NCBI GenBank assembly: GCA_022564515.1
Contig: JADFLH010000018.1
Location: forward strand, 1 to 27,693
Direction: 5' to 3'
Length of the DNA stretch: 27,693 nt
Origin: Nitrososphaerota archaeon
GTDB taxonomy: Archaea > Thermoproteota > Nitrososphaeria > Nitrososphaerales > Nitrosopumilaceae
The notes under the pieces were generated by a model. It had not been told where the DNA came from, did no database searches, and saw nothing but the letters and a program-made list of their open reading frames with translations. Made by a program: the position numbers and the translations under genes. Positions 25,952 to 27,693 of this stretch are shown in pieces. The stretch's first letter is position 1. Each line of letters begins with the position of its first letter.

Positions 25952-26267
25952 TTTAGTTTTATATTCATTGTCTGGGAATTTTAATTACATACAACCAAAC
26001 TTAACTCGTTTTAAATAATTGATATTGTATCCCCCAGCAAATCATGTCTTACCTCTTTCAACCAGTAAAATTTTTGGGGGATACTCCGTATTTTCACAAT
26101 AGAACATAAATCACTCTTGATCCAGATGTATCTAAGATAAAGTGCTAATTAGTATAGACCGAAATAGCCCAGTTCGCAGAGGGATGGAATAAATGATGCC
26201 GCTCTTCTTACCCTTTTTTTGTTTTGATTAAATAACGATACTCTCTTTTAGGACTTTTTTTACATTT
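25952..26267. repeat. 316-bp direct repeat, copy 2 (identical to 24432-24747)
   Basis: See copy 1. It begins 58 nt after the stop of the NUMOD3-repeat gene. Confidence 0.97.
26027..26084. other. GC-rich hairpin inside repeat copy 2 (same as 24507-24564)
   Basis: Same sequence as the copy-1 hairpin, shifted by 1520 bp. Confidence 0.8.
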
Positions 26268-26549
26268 GACATCTTAAATATTGGAATGATATTCATTTTT
26301 TGCGTTGGAGTATTTGGAACAGAATTATAATTTTAAAAAATTTATAATGTTTTTAGCTTTAATTCCAACCTTCACATTATCTTTAACTGTTGATCATTTT
26401 GAGGACTCTCACGCTGAAGATTATTCCCTAGGAATATTTCAGTTAAAGCTAAACTACTACGAAGTCAGTCGCTGGTAGGAGATGTATTTTGGATCATTAT
26501 TGAAGAGGACAGAGGCACCATTGTAGTATCTTCCCAAAAAGGAATAATT

Positions 26550-26795
26550 GTGATTAGATTTGAATTTCAAGATCATGAGAAATGTTATGATAAACAAAAT
26601 ACTTTCTGTCTTAAAGCAGCTCTTACTGAGACTAAAAATACTTACTTTACTAAAGTTGGCGATGAGGCAACTATAATTCTTGAATATCCTAACAAGTTGA
26701 CTTTTTCAATTTTGAGTGGGGATCTAGTAACTAATACATTTGAACTTGAAATAGAAAAATTAAGAAAAATTAATATTCCAACAGATCAGAGCTGA
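26550..26795 (+). CDS. Hypothetical protein, possibly the 3' part of a frameshifted gene starting at 26347
   Basis: 81-aa ORF from GTG. The same frame stays open and protein-like upstream to 26418 without a start codon. A 43-codon ORF with a hydrophobic N-terminus (26347-26478) overlaps it in another frame. Confidence 0.35.
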   Translation: MIRFEFQDHEKCYDKQNTFCLKAALTETKNTYFTKVGDEATIILEYPNKLTFSILSGDLVTNTFELEIEKLRKINIPTDQS

Positions 26796-26826
26796 TTTTA
26801 CCTTGAATGGACATGGAAATACAATA

Positions 26827-27693
26827 ATGAAAATCAGTCTATTTCTTGCATTAATTCCAATAATTCTATCAATTGGGATTATACCTGTTATACCATTTAC
26901 CAATGCTGAAGTTGAATTACAATGCATGAGTGGAGAGGTTACTGTAGTACGTACTACTAATCCCGACCCTATCTGTATTAACGAAATCACTGCTAATAGA
27001 TGGGTACAATTAGGAATTGCAGAAATTATTGGTGAACCCATGGAAGAAGAGATGATGGAAGAAACCATGGTAGAAGAGAAGATGGAAGTAACGGTAGAAG
27101 AAAAAATCGCAGTGGGAGTAGAAGTAATGAAAGACGCAATGGCAATGAAACTTCATGAATGGATTACAGCAACTGGAACAATAGACTCGATGCAAGACCA
27201 AGGAATGGGACATGAATCTCATCAGCTTGCAATCATCTTACCGCCAACGGATAAGATCTACAAAGGAATTCTATCCTATTCTGCATCAGAACCAATTCAA
27301 CTGATAGCACTACACGGTCCACTAGCCGAAGGTGAGGACAAAGGACAGCCAATATGGGCACCAGATGACAAAACAAAGTTTGCTTTGACATTTGTTGATA
27401 AGGAAACCTCAACGGGTTCTTGGCTTTTCACAGGTAATGCTCTTGCAGTACATACCAAGAATACAGAACAATTTACAGTAAGCTACTCTGTTAGCTACTT
27501 AGAAAAAGAAATGTCTGATACCGTTTCCACTGCAACAATGGAATCTGTACAAGACCCAGGAATAGGACATGAAGCACACTCTATAGTAATCATTCTTCCA
27601 CCAAGTGAAATGACATACAGTGGGATGTTGACCTATTCTGCATCAGAACCAATTCAACTGATAGCACTACACGGTCCACTAGCCGAAGGTGAG
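26827..27693 (+). CDS. Secreted repeat protein (3'-truncated by the window end) with a Met/Glu-rich linker and tandem ~119-aa GHExH-containing domains
   Basis: Open frame of 289 codons running off the window, so it is absent from the closed-ORF track. Signal peptide MKISLFLALIPIILSIGIIPVIPFTNA. Linker EPMEEEMMEETMVEEKMEV...MKDAMAMKLHEW. Two repeats containing QDQGMGHESHQLAIILPP / QDPGIGHEAHSIVIILPP and the identical SYSASEPIQLIALHGPLAEGE. Confidence 0.7.
   Translation, partial: MKISLFLALIPIILSIGIIPVIPFTNAEVELQCMSGEVTVVRTTNPDPICINEITANRWVQLGIAEIIGEPMEEEMMEETMVEEKMEVTVEEKIAVGVEVMKDAMAMKLHEWITATGTIDSMQDQGMGHESHQLAIILPPTDKIYKGILSYSASEPIQLIALHGPLAEGEDKGQPIWAPDDKTKFALTFVDKETSTGSWLFTGNALAVHTKNTEQFTVSYSVSYLEKEMSDTVSTATMESVQDPGIGHEAHSIVIILPPSEMTYSGMLTYSASEPIQLIALHGPLAEGE

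Noticed and set aside
26760-27222. Minus-strand ORFs 26760-27068 and 27010-27222 from the ORF track
   Set aside because: They are antisense to the long open plus-strand frame (26827 to the window end), which has a signal peptide and domain repeats. The F/H/S-rich translations are the complement of the Glu/Met-rich linker.
1-27693. Search for tRNA, rRNA, CRISPR arrays, integrase/transposase genes and terminal inverted repeats
   Set aside because: I saw no GC-rich tRNA-like cloverleaf segment with a T-loop consensus. There is no regularly spaced short repeat array. No ORF carries recombinase or transposase motifs. The only long repeats are the 316-bp direct pair reported above.

Overview
Visibly AT-rich archaeal chromosomal segment. 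The gene content points to an ammonia-oxidising thaumarchaeon (Nitrosopumilus-like). This is an inference from the archaeal-type GAPDH, proteasome alpha subunit, ESCRT-III/CdvB-like protein, mevalonate-pathway enzymes, thiolase+DUF35 pair and many extracytoplasmic thiol-disulfide proteins. Positions 1-22.5 kb are mostly recognisable housekeeping genes: thiolase/DUF35, thrC, a CNNM/CorC transporter, gap, a DsbA-like protein, HMG-CoA synthase, a bioD | bioA-bioB-bioF cluster, CcdA plus a DipZ-type thioredoxin, a CdvB paralog, DUF371, psmA and a DUF171 SPOUT protein. One orphan block at 3.1-5.5 kb is headed by an Hjc-like nuclease. From about 22.6 kb to the window end the content becomes accessory-like, with orphan ORFs on both strands and long AT-rich spacers. 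The most unusual structure is there: two 316-bp, 100% identical direct repeats (24432-24747 and 25952-26267). Each carries a GC-rich 10-bp-stem hairpin. Together they bracket a 1.2-kb two-gene cassette whose larger gene encodes a nuclease-less array of NUMOD3-like (homing-endonuclease-type) DNA-binding repeats. Next come a probable frameshifted gene and a 3'-truncated secreted protein with a Met/Glu-rich linker and tandem GHExH-containing domains. No rRNA, tRNA or CRISPR array was seen. At least five well-conserved genes appear to start with TTG. Several sub-60-aa ORFs (Cys-rich or single-TM) lie in gaps not covered by the ORF track. All family assignments come from motif recognition by eye, not from searches.
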